DNA of 64,000 nucleotides from Octopus sinensis (taxonomy: Eukaryota), in contig NC_043001.1 of NCBI RefSeq assembly GCF_006345805.1, positions 19,034,001 to 19,098,000 on the forward strand, written 5' to 3'. The notes under the pieces are model-generated. The model did no database searches and had not been told where the DNA came from. It was given only the letters and a program-made list of their open reading frames with translations. Positions 24,552 through 37,527 of the stretch are shown in pieces. Within the stretch, counting starts at the first letter, position 1. Every line of letters starts with the position of its first letter. A program made the position numbers and the translations under genes.

Positions 24552-25116
24552 TTGGGTTGTCCGGAAAGTTCGTGCCGATTTTTAAAGGAAAGAAAAAGAT
24601 CAATAAATATTTGCCATTACATTTTAATCAACCAAATACCAACCATTTTGTTGCACAATGCGTTTCCATCTTTTCTTTAGCTTGAAAATACCTTCTTCCC
24701 AGAATTGAGGTGGTTTCATGACAAAGAATTCATCAAGGTATCTTTTTACGTCATCCAGGGAATTGAAATTTTTACCATTAAGACTATTCTGCAGAGACCT
24801 GAATAAGCGGAAATCCGAAGGAGCAATATCTGGTGAATATGGAGGGTGGGGTAACACATCTCAGCCGAGCTGAAGCAATTTTTGTCTGGCTCCCACCGCA
24901 TCAAGTGCAGAAAATGAACTTTCTTTTCTTCCATTTTAAAGGGTTACAGAATTAACACAGGTTATAGGAACATAAACTTTCTTCCACGAAAAGATAGCTT
25001 AAACTGTGCTTTAAATGGAGGTGTAGTCAAATCCTATTTTATGGACTCAACCATGTTCTAAAATAAGTCGAAATGTAAGCTACTATAAATCGGCACGAAC
25101 TTTCCGGACAACCCAA
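24552..25116 (-). mobile_element. internally deleted mariner
   Basis: Perfect 30-bp TIRs (24552-24581 / 25087-25116) and TA TSD. N-terminal MEEKKVHF.HL is fused to C-terminal HPPYSPDIAPSDF.LFRSLQNSL..RW. Confidence 0.93.
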
Positions 25117-25450
25117 TATTTTGTGTAAGCGCGCGTGTATGTATGCTTGTATGGATGTGTGTATACTTGTATATATATATATATACACTACCGTGTTTTC
25201 CCTATATAACTGAAATCATTCAATATTTAACGGTATTTCATTTGGTTACGACTAAATGGCGGCGTATCGATCATGATGTAATACACACCATATAATCAAT
25301 ATGACAACAGCATTGTTCTCGTCCATGTCTTCAAGAATGTTATCTGACTTGTCACCTAATACGTTATTGAAATTATTGTAAACCATGGAATAAATGTAAA
25401 ACCAGCCACTCCGTTCTTCACATGTTTTATGCATATATATAAATATATAA

Positions 25451-25680
25451 GGCGGCGAGCTGGCAGAAACGTTAGCACGCCGGGCGAAATGCGTAGCCGT
25501 ATTTCGTCTGCCGTTACGTTCTCAGTTCAAATTCCGCCGAGGTCGACTTTGCCTTTCATCCTTTCGGGGTCGATAAATAAAGTACCAGTTACGCACTGGG
25601 GTCGATGTAATCGACTTAATCCCTTTGTCTGTCCTTGTTTGTCCCCTCTATGTTTAGCCCCTTGTGGGTAGTAAAGAAAA
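25451..25680 (+). mobile_element. SINE family B monomer
   Basis: Complete head-to-tail unit between TA-rich flanks. Confidence 0.9.
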
Positions 25681-25717
25681 TATATATAAATACATACATT
25701 CTTTTATTTTTTTATTC

Positions 25718-25898
25718 TTTCATTTGTTTCAGTAATTTGACTGCGGTCATGCTGGAGCACTGCCCTTAGTCGAACAAATCAACCCCAGGATTTATTCTTT
25801 GTAAGCATTGTACTTATTCTAATTGTCGCTTTTGCAGAACAGCTAAGTTACGGGGACGTAAACACACCAACATCGGTTGTCAAGCGATGTTGGGGGAC
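25718..25898 (-). mobile_element. SINE family A, 3' half
   Basis: Reverse-complement match to body and tail. Confidence 0.85.
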
Positions 25899-26015
25899 AA
25901 AGTTTCAAATAGTTAAGTTCAGTGGGGCCAGATTTTATGGTGACGCAGGAAAAAATTTTGACACTCATGGAATAAGACATAAAGGAGACTTTAACGTATT
26001 TTATGTGCTTATAGA

Positions 26016-26190
26016 AGGCCTAGTGGTTAGGGTGTTGCACTCACGATCACAAATTCTTGGTTTCGATTCCCGAACTGGGCGGTGCGTTGTGTTCTTGAGC
26101 AAAGTACTTCATTTCCAATTCCTCTTCGATCACTTCGAAATCTGACGTGTGGCATACTATGCACCTGTATAGGTAATATTGATTTGACGG
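26016..26190 (+). mobile_element. SINE family D, diverged head
   Basis: tagtggttagggtg..gtttcgattccc..gttgtgttcttgagcaaag resembles 39967 and 55608. Confidence 0.6.
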
Positions 26191-26431
26191 ACGAAATGAA
26201 TTAATGTACATCACAAACATTTAATCACTCTAAACAAATCAACTCTGTGCAGGTTGTTCTACAAGAAGTTGCCGAACCCTCATCTGTCGCCAAACGACGG
26301 GAAAGACCACCATAGATAACTAAAAAGCTGTTCCTTCAATGATGTAATTGCTTCAGTTTCAAACCAAGTTACTCTTGCTACAGTTTAAAGTTTTCACATA
26401 AAATTTATAAAGGATAGTTATAGCTGCGTGA

Positions 26432-26569
26432 TAAATAGCTTGCTTACCAACCACATGGTTCTTGGTTCCGTCCCACACCTTTGGCAAGTGTCTTGTACTA
26501 TAGCCTCGGGCCGACCAAAGCCTTGTGAGTGGATTTGGTAGACGGAAACTGAAAGAAATCCGTCGTATA

Positions 26570-26624
<55 letters not shown>

Positions 26625-26635
26625 TATATATATAT

Positions 26636-26666
<31 letters not shown>

Positions 26667-26690
26667 ATGTATATATAGAAAAACATACAT

Positions 26691-26722
<32 letters not shown>

Positions 26723-26955
26723 TTATATATGTGTGCATATGTATATGTTTATGTGATTGTGTTTGTCCCCCAATCATCGCTTGACAACCGATGCTGGTGT
26801 GTTTACGTCCCCGTAACTTAGCGGTTCGGCAAAAAGCAACCAATAGAATAAGTACTAGACTTACAAAGAACAAGCGCTGCGGTCGTTTTGGTCGACTAAA
26901 GGCAGTGCTCCAGCATGACTGCAGTCAAATGACTGAAGCAAATAAAAAAAATAAA
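26432..26955 (+). mobile_element. SINE family A
   Basis: Head (partly deleted), central array, body and tail. Confidence 0.88.
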
Positions 26956-27075
26956 AGAATAAGATGGAGAAATTAATGGTGATGATGGATTTGTTTGAAG
27001 ACATCGTTAATAAATTGTCTTCTCAACATATTTCTGTGGCTTTAAATTTCTCCATATCTTAGGCTTCGGACCGCA

Positions 27076-27448
27076 AATCTTTTTTTCTATCTTTCAACCT
27101 ACTTCCCAGCAAATATTCCTTCCATAATGACAAACCATAAAATATTTTCTACCTGTTTCTCCTCTCCCCACTTTTATTTTCCGTCTTGTATACATACACA
27201 TGCACGAGTATATACAACCACGCTTTTAAAATATCATACACTCACGTATTTATCAACACGGTTGTGCTGACAAGCGTTTACTTAAAAATAAAGATATACA
27301 TGTATATTCCTGAAATATGTACGCGTGTGTATGTAAGTATATTGTGTGCATCGACGAAATGTTTTTCAAGCTTCGTAACGTACAGTATTGGCTAAAATAT
27401 CTAGATATATAACTTCTGCAGTTCATTATAACACATCAGTAATGTATG

Positions 27449-27488
<40 letters not shown>

Positions 27489-27534
27489 AACATACACACA
27501 CATACATTAATGATGTGTCATAATGTACTGATGA

Positions 27535-27572
<38 letters not shown>

Positions 27573-27737
27573 CACACATACATTAATGGTGTCTGGTGTG
27601 TTATAATGTACTTTAGAAGATATATATAGATGTCTGAGCGTCTTATTAATATTTTGCATGTACCACGTCCTCGCGTTGTTGTTTTTTCCTTGTTTTTTGT
27701 CTGCTTTTTTTTATTGATTACATGTGTGTGTGTGTGT

Positions 27738-27796
<59 letters not shown>

Positions 27797-28062
27797 CTTA
27801 CATACACACGCGCACATATTTCAGGAATATGCATGTAAGTATGTCTTCATTTTCAAGTAAACGCTTGTCAGCACAACCGTGTTGATAAATACGTGAGTGT
27901 ATGATATTTTAAAAGCGTGGTTGTACATACACGTGCATGTGTATGTATACAAGACGGAAAATAAAAGTGGGGAGAGGAGAAACAGGTAGAAAATATTTTA
28001 TGGTTTGTCATTATGGAAGGAATCTTTGCTGGGAAGTAGGTTGAAAGATAGAAAAAAAGATT
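27076..28062. repeat. long inverted duplication (about 266-bp arms, about 450-bp spacer)
   Basis: 27076-27341 versus reverse complement of 27793-28062: about 8 substitutions and one 4-nt indel. Confidence 0.93.
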
Positions 28063-28575
28063 CGGTGATAGGTTATTTTAAAAGCATTCTGGTGATGCTA
28101 TATTGCTTTAATTATCGATTTTTTTGGCTTTGAGACAAGTCCATTGGTAAATAAAATAGATGCTTAGTTGATTGAATCGAGCCAAAATACTGTTCAACAA
28201 AGAATTTCTGACAGGAATGATTTTTTTTTTTGTGTGTACTAGTAAGTATTTTCTGGTGTTGATTTCAAAAGTGTCTTTCGTTTTTCAGCTACAGGTATAG
28301 CATAGATTAGACCTTTCATTGGGTTGTCAATTTCAAATGTTTTCAATTTTTTTTTAGATGATAATGATAATGAACTCCGTTCATTATCATTTAATAATCA
28401 TGACTTGTGAATATAAAACCCTCTAGATATTGTCTGCTATATTTCTGTGTATTTTTCAACAAAGATGCAACTACGAACTATCGTATTGTATTTCATAATA
28501 ATCTGTTGTAATAATTGGTGCCAAAGACAAGATGTGCGCATCGCATGGAATTTGCTCTGTTTTTTTTTTTTTCAA

Positions 28576-28779
28576 TTGTCCCCCAACATCGCTTGACAAC
28601 CGATGCCGGTGAGTGTACGTCCCCGTAACTTAGCGGTTCGGCAATACAGACGGATAGAATAAGTACTAGGCTTATAAAGAATAAGTCCTGGGGTCGATTT
28701 GCTCGACTAAACGGCGGTGCTCTAGCATGGCTACAGTCAAATGACTGAAACAAATAAAGGAGTAAAAGAGTAAAGAGAA
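28576..28779 (+). mobile_element. SINE family A, 3' half
   Basis: Body and (taaaagag)n tail. Confidence 0.85.
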
Positions 28780-28859
28780 TTGTTTAAGCAAAAATCAATG
28801 CTTTTGATAGCCGTGTTAAAAAAATAGAAAAACATCATCCTAAACGCAAAGACTTCATT

Positions 28860-29950
28860 ATACTGACTGTTTTGTTGTTGATAGAACTGGGTTTTGTTGT
28901 TAATATAACTTTCGGGGTCGATTAAATAAGTACTAGTTACGCACTGGGGTCCTTTGTCTGTCCTTGTTTGTCCCCTCTATGTTTAGCCCCTTGTGGGTAG
29001 TAAAGAAATAGATATAACTGGGTTCGCCTTTTAAAAAGAACGCACACGACTGCCAACTCAAAACATAGTATATGATGCAGACTAATTTAACATAATTAAA
29101 TATTGTCCATTCATTCCGATGACAATGATGATCTAACGCTCGATAAATGAGACAGTGCTGGAAGTGCAATTGTTACAGTATTGGGTCTTCTACAAATCCT
29201 GAATACATACATGAAAATATACACTTCCAAGGTTGTTTGTCCATGAGTGTTTGAATGACACTGTCTAAAACGAAATCAAATGTTCTTGCTCCAAGACTAA
29301 AGACATGTCATACATTTACTCTATATGTTCAAGTGAAAGAAATTTTAATTTGGAAGCATACTTTATAGTATAGTTTGTACTTGTATACTAATGATTTCAA
29401 TGAACTCTTCACAAAATTGTTTCAGATTTATGTCTCATCAGATTTGCTTCTCTTTGTAGGCACATTCCAGAGAAGTATGAAAGAAGCTTTACAGCACAAT
29501 AAAATTAAAAAGGGATGCATCCTTGCCCGCTTTGTTCATACGAAAGAAAAATATTGCAATAGATGCACTGCTTGTTGCTATTTAATATGTCATCTTCAGC
29601 AATGGAAATTCTGTGAAGATCACAAAGTTGTTGGCATGATAACAGGCATGTAATGAGGATCAACAAAATTCCCTTGTTTCTTATAACTATAGGAGAATCA
29701 TGCAACCATTGATAGCTCGAGTAAACTAGTGGCCTCTAAGGTTGTGTTGTGTTCGGTCTGTTTCTTCAGTTTATCCCCAAGTTATATATTTCTATCAACT
29801 AAAGAAAATATTGTTGAAGAACTGGGTAAAATCAATTCAAAAGGATTTCAATTCTTTTTTGGAAAGAAAAAGAAAAACCTATTCCTAAATATTCGACAAG
29901 GCGAAAATTTTTGTGGTTCCGAGTCAGTAAAATTTTAAAAGATATTGGAT
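28860..29950 (+). pseudogene. decayed DNA-transposon transposase, probably Chapaev3 (CMC) type
   Basis: Ordered degenerate motifs LNDTV, KSNVLAPRLK, LFVGTFQRSMKEALQHN, QWKFCEDHKVVGMITGM**GSTKFPCFL*L*, LKNWVK, IFV.P..SKILKD. They match the remembered family pattern LNDLV..LLASRL..LFIDSS..SLKAVLLHN..WxICGDLKVV..G.TKF.CFLC.WDSR..MKNFVK..GIFVGPQI. Interrupted by a SINE B fragment (28908-29011). Confidence 0.65.
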
Positions 29951-30048
29951 ATGAGCCAAACGCAAATTACTAAATAAAAATTTTTATAATTTTTTTAATG
30001 GTTATGGGGGCCGAGGACATTCATGATGCTTCTTATGAAATAGATTGT

Positions 30049-30214
30049 AGGCGTAGGAATGGCTGTGTGGTAAGTAGCTTGCTTACCAACCACATGGTTC
30101 CGGGTTCAGTCCCACTGCGCGGCACCTTGGGCAAGTGTCTTCTACTATAGCTTCAGGCCGACCAAAGCCTTGTGAGTGGATTTGGTAGACAGAAACTGAA
30201 AGAAGCCCGTCGTA

Positions 30215-30284
<70 letters not shown>

Positions 30285-30520
30285 GTATGTGTGTGTTTGT
30301 GTGTTTGTGTATCTGTGTTTGTCCTCCTAACATCACTTGACAACCGATGCTGGTGTGTTTATGTCCCCGTAACTTAGCGGTCTGGCAAAAAAGACCGATA
30401 GAATAAGTACTAGGCTTCCAAAGAATACGTCCTGGGGTCGATTTGCTCGACCAAATGCGGTGCTCCAGAATGGCCGCAGTCAAATGGCTGAAGCAAGTAA
30501 AAGAGTAAAAGAGTAAAAAA
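30049..30520 (+). mobile_element. SINE family A, full length
   Basis: Complete match. Confidence 0.92.
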
Positions 30521-31130
30521 AGAGAGTGTATATTATTAAAATTCATTTTCTACATTCCCAACTACATTTCTTTTCAGGAAACTTTTAATGTAGTAAGTGA
30601 TAAACAAGGAAAACCGTTCTAGTTATATTTTCGTGGAGTGTAAAAGAGATAGCATCGATTATAACTGATCTCTTTTAGAGGCGCATATCACTACATCTCA
30701 AACTAAGCTTATTAGATAGTCATATTCATATTTTAAACACGGCATCATACATAATTTTCAATTATATGTGTGTCTAATTGAATCGATGATATAAAATGAG
30801 ATTAAATTAATTATGTACGAACTAATCAAATATCTGCTCCGTATTTCCGGTTCAAGTAAATTTTCTATGAGATATTTAATACTCTTTATCTAATGATTAT
30901 AATGAGAATATAAAAAAAACTGATATATTAAAAATATAGACAAGGGAGAAGCTAAACTTTGAATCAATATCCAAGCCTTACTTTATTATTTAAAATAATA
31001 GCTTCTCCCGTAAGTAAGATCGTTAGCATTTGCAAATGAGGAAGTATGTTTTCTTATTCATTTTACCATTTTCCAACCGACAAACGAACTCATATTGCAA
31101 GTTCTTCCTGTTTAAGAAGGATTAGATGTA

Positions 31131-32268
31131 CAATGATCCCTCGTTTATCGCGATAGCTTGGTTCCGAGACCGGCCGCGATAACTGAATTTCCGCGAAGTA
31201 GGGACACCATATTTACAGTATTTATTTAACGTGTATCTGGACCTTTAAAACCCTCCCTGTACTGTTAACAACCCATCCATTACAGTAGTCTGTTAATAAA
31301 AAGGACAACTGTTAAGCAATAACTTTAGATTTTAAAAAATAAAGATTGTTATTGTATTCGATACGAAAGAAGTTGAAGTAAAATTTGAATGATGATGGTG
31401 ATGAATTTGCTGCGCAGTAGAAATGATGATGATGAAGCTGGCGACGGTGCCCTTTCCTGGGGCACCTCTTCCACTTCTTCCGAAGGTGCAACCGTAGTAG
31501 TAGCAGCAGGAACTGGCTCTTTTTTTGCGAGGCTGCAAAAACATTGTGATAGGAATTTGCTGCCGCTGCTTCTTTTTCCGTTCAAAGAGCATCTTGTAGG
31601 GATTCGTGACTTCATCGACCTTGTTGCAAAATTGCACAGAACGAACCATATCGTCGTCCCATTCCTGTGACCCCTCTTTTAATTCTTTAGCCAGGTTGCA
31701 GAGCTTGGCCAGCCGTTCCAAAGTCAAGCCAGTTTGTTTGACAACTTCTGTTTCTTGCTGCGTTTCTTCTTCTTTGGATTTAATGAAGAATTTTAGGTGT
31801 TCATATATATAGGCGCAGGAGTGGCTGTGTGGTAAGTAGCTTGTTTACCAACCACATGGTTCCGCGTTCAGTCCCACTGCGTGGCACCTTGGGCAAGTGA
31901 CTTCTACTATAGCCCCGGGCCGACCAAAGCCTTGTGAGTGGATTTGGTAGACGGAAACTGAAAGAAGCCCGTCGTATATATGTATATATATGCGTGTGTG
32001 TGTTTGTGTGTCTGTGTTTGTCCCCCTAGCATTGCTTGACAACCGATGCTGGTATGTTTATGTCCCCGTTACTTAGCGGTTCGGCAAAAGAGACCGATAG
32101 AATAAGTACGGGGCTTACAAAAGAATAAGTCCCGTGGTCGAGTTTCTCGATTAAAGGCGGTGCTCCAGCATGGCCGCAGTCAAATGACTCAAAAAAAGGA
32201 ACAGTAAAAAAGTATGTATTTTTAAAATCCGCGAAGTCGTGAATCCGCGAATTAGCGAGGGATCACTG
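31131..32268 (-). mobile_element. pogo/Tigger-type deleted transposon with transposase C-terminus and nested SINE
   Basis: TA TSD and ca(a/g)tgatccctcg TIRs. Minus-strand EEETQQETE..LTLERLAKLCNLAKEL..WDDDMVRS..PYKMLFERKKKQRQQIPITMF resembles the Tigger-like C-terminus. Confidence 0.82.
31811..32213 (+). mobile_element. SINE family A nested in the Tigger-type element
   Basis: Full-length copy interrupting the (TA)n seen intact in the 21100 copy. Confidence 0.92.
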
Positions 32269-33369
32269 TAGTGCTGATGAAAGAAAAATAACTCTTGAAA
32301 TATGCATGTACACTCATTACCTATTTTTAGCAGCAGTGCCCCAGCATGGCCACAACTCGCGAGCTGAAACTAGTAAATGATAACTGAGCCACAACAGATT
32401 TTATTTCGATTGTATTAGTTTTCTTAACCATTAACGAAGCAAGGTCAGTGAGACATGCTTATATTTTCCAACAGAAAATAGAATGAAATTATTGTTTCAT
32501 GCGTTGTTGCTGCTGCCATTCAGCCCCAGGTCCGCTTTGATCAAGTAAATCTATGTAAGAGTGCATTATAAAATGGTGTATATTTTCGTCTAAAAATCAT
32601 AACGTGAGGTTTAAATAGAAATATGACTGCTGTTCCTATTGTGCAATTAACGTATTTTCCCATTTATTGATCAGAGGAATAATAACAATGCTTCCAGCCA
32701 TTTTGAAGCCTCCAAGAATTTTATTATCTATGAAATAACCTCCTCTCCAATATATTCGAGAAGCTTCCCTTATCTATTAAATGCATTAAAACATTTTACA
32801 ATACAGCTGTTAATCTAGATAACAGTTCCATGATTCTCAAATGTATTACTATTAATCTAAATCCTTACGTTTACTAGCATTTATTAGGATTTTAATTCTG
32901 AGTTTCATTATTTTTAATGGTGGCTTTGTTTTATAACATTTGTAAATATTTAGACGAGCAGTTTACCTTTCTTAACTAAGTATTTTGCTTAGCGCATGAT
33001 CATATCAATATTTATATTTTTCTTTCCTTTTTTTCGTTTGGATAAATAGACTGTGGTTATTCGTTTGGCTTATCTATTACACACTTTTTTCAGTTGTTAG
33101 TATATTTTTTATTATATTTATTCGAAATCAATGTCAATCAACGCGTAATGGATGAAACCATTTCCCCCACTTTACAATAAACATGTGAAGGTCTAATTCA
33201 ATTGGTAATATGCGCTAATAATGTGTTTTGAAAGTGCTGGCAAGATGGATCTCTATTACAATCAATCACTAGAAAACACAACACATGATGCAATTTAAAC
33301 AGTGCGTTTAGCTCTACTCTAATTCCATCTAATTCTAAAAACATTAATCATTAGGAGAATAATTACCGA

Positions 33370-33413
<44 letters not shown>

Positions 33414-33432
33414 ATATATATATATAATATAT

Positions 33433-33477
<45 letters not shown>

Positions 33478-33485
33478 ATATATAT

Positions 33486-33532
<47 letters not shown>

Positions 33533-34631
33533 TATGAGGTTTATCACATTTGAAATATAGTGTTTTGCCTCTCATGTTGTTACAACAAATGCAACGTGGC
33601 ATCCACTTTAGGGATTAAAACTATATATCACTTAGATTATATGTTAAGAGGGTTTATAAAAAAGGGAAAGTGCATGGTATCTAGAAAATGAATTATATCA
33701 TGAAACACGAGCATTTTCGAAACGAGGAAATGAGTTTTGATTTGATGTGGCCTTTTGGTTTTTTTTTCTTTTTCGTTATTTACCTTATTTTAGGAACCGA
33801 AGCAGTAGTGCGGACTTCATTTGAGGTTTCAGCATAGTCAATGGTCTGTTTCGTTTGTAAACATTTGCTGCTATAACTCCCCGACCAATTTATTCGGCTC
33901 AATTATTTAAGATTAACTTTTCTGCTCGAGTACGCAACGCTGATATATGTTGTATGATTCCACAAGAGATTTTTTCGATAACCACACAACCCGGTTAAAT
34001 TAGCAGCTAAACAGTCATCAAATGATAACATATCGCCATAAATAAGGTCAAAAATACACTGGATAATGTAGTCGTAAACAACACGAGTTATTCACGGCTA
34101 GAATATCTTTGATATCGAACCTACTCGATCAGATCTGGCCTGGGGCTAAACAACGACTTATCTCGTGAAATACGAATGCAAATTCTATATAACATTCGGA
34201 AAGCAAGATATATCGCTGGATATCTTAAAAGCACGGAGAAATATTTTACTGCATATTGATTGCTTGCATTGGCATAAGGTTACAGATATACAGGAAAGCA
34301 GGAATGGGCTATAATTGATTGAATCGACCACAACAGTACAAGCTTCACTGCTAGCTGTATTGACTCATGAGGCAGGAGAAGCTAAGGCATACCCAATGGA
34401 ATTTGATTACAGGAATTGTAATGAAGAAACTAATACTGTAAAATATTTAGTCTCCACTGTTCCTACCGCTCCTTCAGCTTTGTATTTTCGATATCAAAGT
34501 CAGGGAGAATAACCGTCGTCTCCTATTCTACTAATTTTATTTCTCCCTTTTCTTTACATTATCGACGACGATGACAACGACAATTATGATGATTACATCA
34601 ACCACTCCTACTCATAAGTAGGCTTGTGCCT

Positions 34632-35428
34632 ATGCGCTACCCGTTCGGGATAAGCTCTACAAACACGGCTCGAGAAACACGGGGCCGACCTGCCCGAGAT
34701 GCGGTCAGAGCGACGAAACCGTTCTGCACGAACTCGTGCAGTGTCCAACCATTTCCGACCTGTGGGCTTATGTCGAACAACTGTTGTCACGTGTGGGACG
34801 AGTCGGTTTATCAGCCGAGTCTATCGTCAATATTGTCACGCCTCCTTCCTTCAAACGGGAAGGAAGAGTTATTTTCATCATTCTTGTGGCTATGGCGAAA
34901 GAAATCTGGTGGACGCGTCTGAAAGGATTGGAGACAAACACTTTCCTCTCTGGTCAATCTCTCATCAACTTCTTCAAGAATCACTTGAAAAGGAAAGTGA
35001 GAGTAGAGAGGGAAGTTTTGTCTAGCGAATGTTTCAAAATAATGATAGGCGAATGTAGCAAGGATGGCACGTATGAATGACGAAGCCACCTTGAGCATAA
35101 TCCTATGAACCCGGAAAAATTTAAAACAGAGAGTTACTTACTTGCAAATAAATGTGTTAACATATGACATTATTGACCGAGGTTACCGTGGCCTTTTCTG
35201 TAGGCTTTTCTTTCCACGGATAAACTTTATCTGCTTCCCCCTTTACACTTTACATCATGACATTTCTGTGATACACGATCCTTATTGATCGTTTTCTTTT
35301 CTTTCCTTTTTACGATCCATTTTGATCGAAAACCTACCCCACTTTTTTTTCCCCCCAAAAAGAAAAGCTCTGCTTTGTAATTTGTCCCGTCTATGTTCAG
35401 CCCTGTGTGGCTAATAAAGAAACATATC
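34632..35428 (+). mobile_element. L1/Tx1-clade LINE 3' fragment (same family as 57676-62025)
   Basis: LPVRDKLYKHG..CPRCGQSDETVLH..QCP zinc-knuckle region, ORF2 end, and 3' UTR ending gctaataaagaaacatatc. Confidence 0.92.
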
Positions 35429-35865
35429 CTCGTTAAATGTATTTTAGTCTATTCCAGTAAGTTTCGAACACTTCTTGATAGTTTTGCTCTCCCATCAGTT
35501 TCGACAGATGAGCGTCCAAGTGCCGAGTATTCCACAGGCACGTGCACCTTTAGAGCAATTCTCTAGTAGAATCAATATGACGAGTAGGACAAAACTGGAC
35601 ATTTGAATTACCGTTATAGTCCATCCGATGAATTTTTATACAGCTTTCGTTAACTTACTTCCACTCACAAAGTCTGGGTCGACCTGAGGTTATAGAAAAA
35701 GCGTTTTCAAAGCAGCAGGATGTAAGCCGGATCGAAAATCTAGACCATATGATTGCAAAGCTATTTTATTTTCCGCTCTCACTCATACCAGTGCCTATAT
35801 TATCTGGAGGGGTTTTGCCGCTGTTGCTGCTGTAGTCATTGTTTTTGTTGCTGCTGCTGCTGCTG

Positions 35866-36188
35866 AGCGAACGGTCTTCGTCCCAGAGCTCGCAAGATGG
35901 GAGAAGTCCGAAACGTGGTCCTTTGCTATTCGTAAGACTTGCAGAAGAGGAAGCAGGTCAACCCCCAACACCGAGAGCATCGACGGATGGATGAATGCGC
36001 CATCCAGGCTCAGCGGTTGCGTAGGAAGTCGGGGACAAGAAACAGGAAGAAAGAGTAAGAGAAAGTTGGGGCGAAAGAGTACAACAGGGGTCGCCACCAC
36101 CCCCTGCCGGAGCCTCGTGGAGCTTTAGGTGTTTTCGCTCAATAAACACACAGCGAGTCCGCTGCCCTAACCACTGGGCCATTGCGCC
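35866..36188 (-). mobile_element. SINE family C, second copy
   Basis: Near-identical to the reverse complement of 23485-23860, with a short deletion. Confidence 0.85.
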
Positions 36189-36299
36189 TCCTTTTGTTGC
36201 TGTTGACGGTAGTGGTAGAGCTGCTACTAGTTTGTTTGTTCTGATTCTGTAGTCACTGCTGTGGTTAGAGCTAGTGCTGTTGAGGTGTTTTTTCCCTAT

Positions 36300-37290
36300 T
36301 TGCAGGCCGTGGAAGAAGAGGCTGTACCCGTAGTCTTTGCCGTCTCTTCCCTTAGAACGTGGAGATTGATGCCATTAATATTCCTTTTAACTTTGCAAAC
36401 CAACACCTGTAGGAAATATGTGAGCAAAGAGAGAATTCTAGAGGGCCTACGTTCTCGGAAGGAAGAATTGAACGTTGTGATTGGTGCGAATCCTAGGGAC
36501 CTTATACGCAGCATTGATAGGAGGAGGAGGAAGAGGAGGAATTAGTGAGATAGGAGTGTGTGAGTGGCGGTGGCATGAATCTAGCCTGCTCCTAATAGCA
36601 AAAGCCACTATAGTAAAGGTAGAAAAGGCAGAAAAGAGAAATGTCTGTGGGTTTGGACAGAATCTGGAGCATGTCTGTGAGTAACTTTATGCCAAACAGA
36701 CGTGTAGCCTATTTTTGCATTTGGTCTAAGATGTCCCTGCATGCTGCAACAGTGCTACCTCGAATGTGAGAGTAGTACTCCTCTATGGACCTCATCTGAG
36801 CTTTATGGAATATCAATAGGTGTTAGAGTTTGAATTATCTTCTGGATCTGAAGAGAAAGGCTAGTCGTAGAGATGTGATTCTTGCTATGTTTAGGATGCG
36901 CTTTCGCCAATATAGATCTTCGTGGATAGAAAAAAAAACAACAATTTGAACTATTTTGACGGTTATAACTGAGTGTTATTCATGATTAAGCGGGGTGTGG
37001 AACGATATGATTGTGTTTGTGTTTTCTTGCAAGTGATATGATTGATATATCTCAAGTGAAGAATACTTTCGAAATCTCTGTTATTGCAGTCAGCGTGTAT
37101 TTGGTTTCTGCTGTCTAAGATGCGAGGGAATGATGAATAGTTGGCGAATTTTAAGAAATGAAGGATAGTGCCGTCATCATAAGAATAACTTTTCTTGGAT
37201 ACAATAGAAAGCGAATCATTGATATATGGAAGGGGAAGAATGTGTTGATGCTGCATTTGTTGTGGTTGTTTCTGCTATAATTGCTATAAC
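36300..37290 (-). mobile_element. old CR1/L2-group LINE remnant
   Basis: Decayed YIND..SYDDGT..N.DFE.IL..KKTQ (RT), then KAQMRSIEEYYSHI..LDQMQK*ATRL..FYLYYSG, then FLPRT*AL*NSL..FP. Confidence 0.7.
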
Positions 37291-37460
37291 ATTTCACTGC
37301 AGAGAATTATTTTCTGCAGAATTAATTCCGGTATTTTGACGCGCCAAAACGAAGACTTTTGAAATATAGCCCCAAATGTAATTGGTAGAACTATATACAC
37401 ATTCAATCTCATGCGGACGTTTCGTGTATAGTTCTTCAAATTATATTTTGCCATGACGCT

Positions 37461-37527
37461 CACACTGACGAGCTGCGGATATTTACGTAAGTGATTACGT
37501 AAGTGGTAACAACGAAACTGGTTTGTG
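37461..37527 (+). ncRNA. type-I hammerhead-like motif with canonical core
   Basis: caca-CTGACGA-G..(tatttacgtaa/ttacgtaagtg)..C-GAAA-CTGG-TT-tgtg. Confidence 0.6.

Noticed and set aside
25252-25434. 60-aa minus-strand ORF with a possible 67-nt exon (DKSDNILEDMDENNAVVILII)
   Set aside because: Splice signals are mediocre and no homology was recognised; cannot be supported.
34315-34512. 65-aa ORF in non-repetitive DNA
   Set aside because: Non-ATG start, no recognisable motif, and no convincing splice sites.
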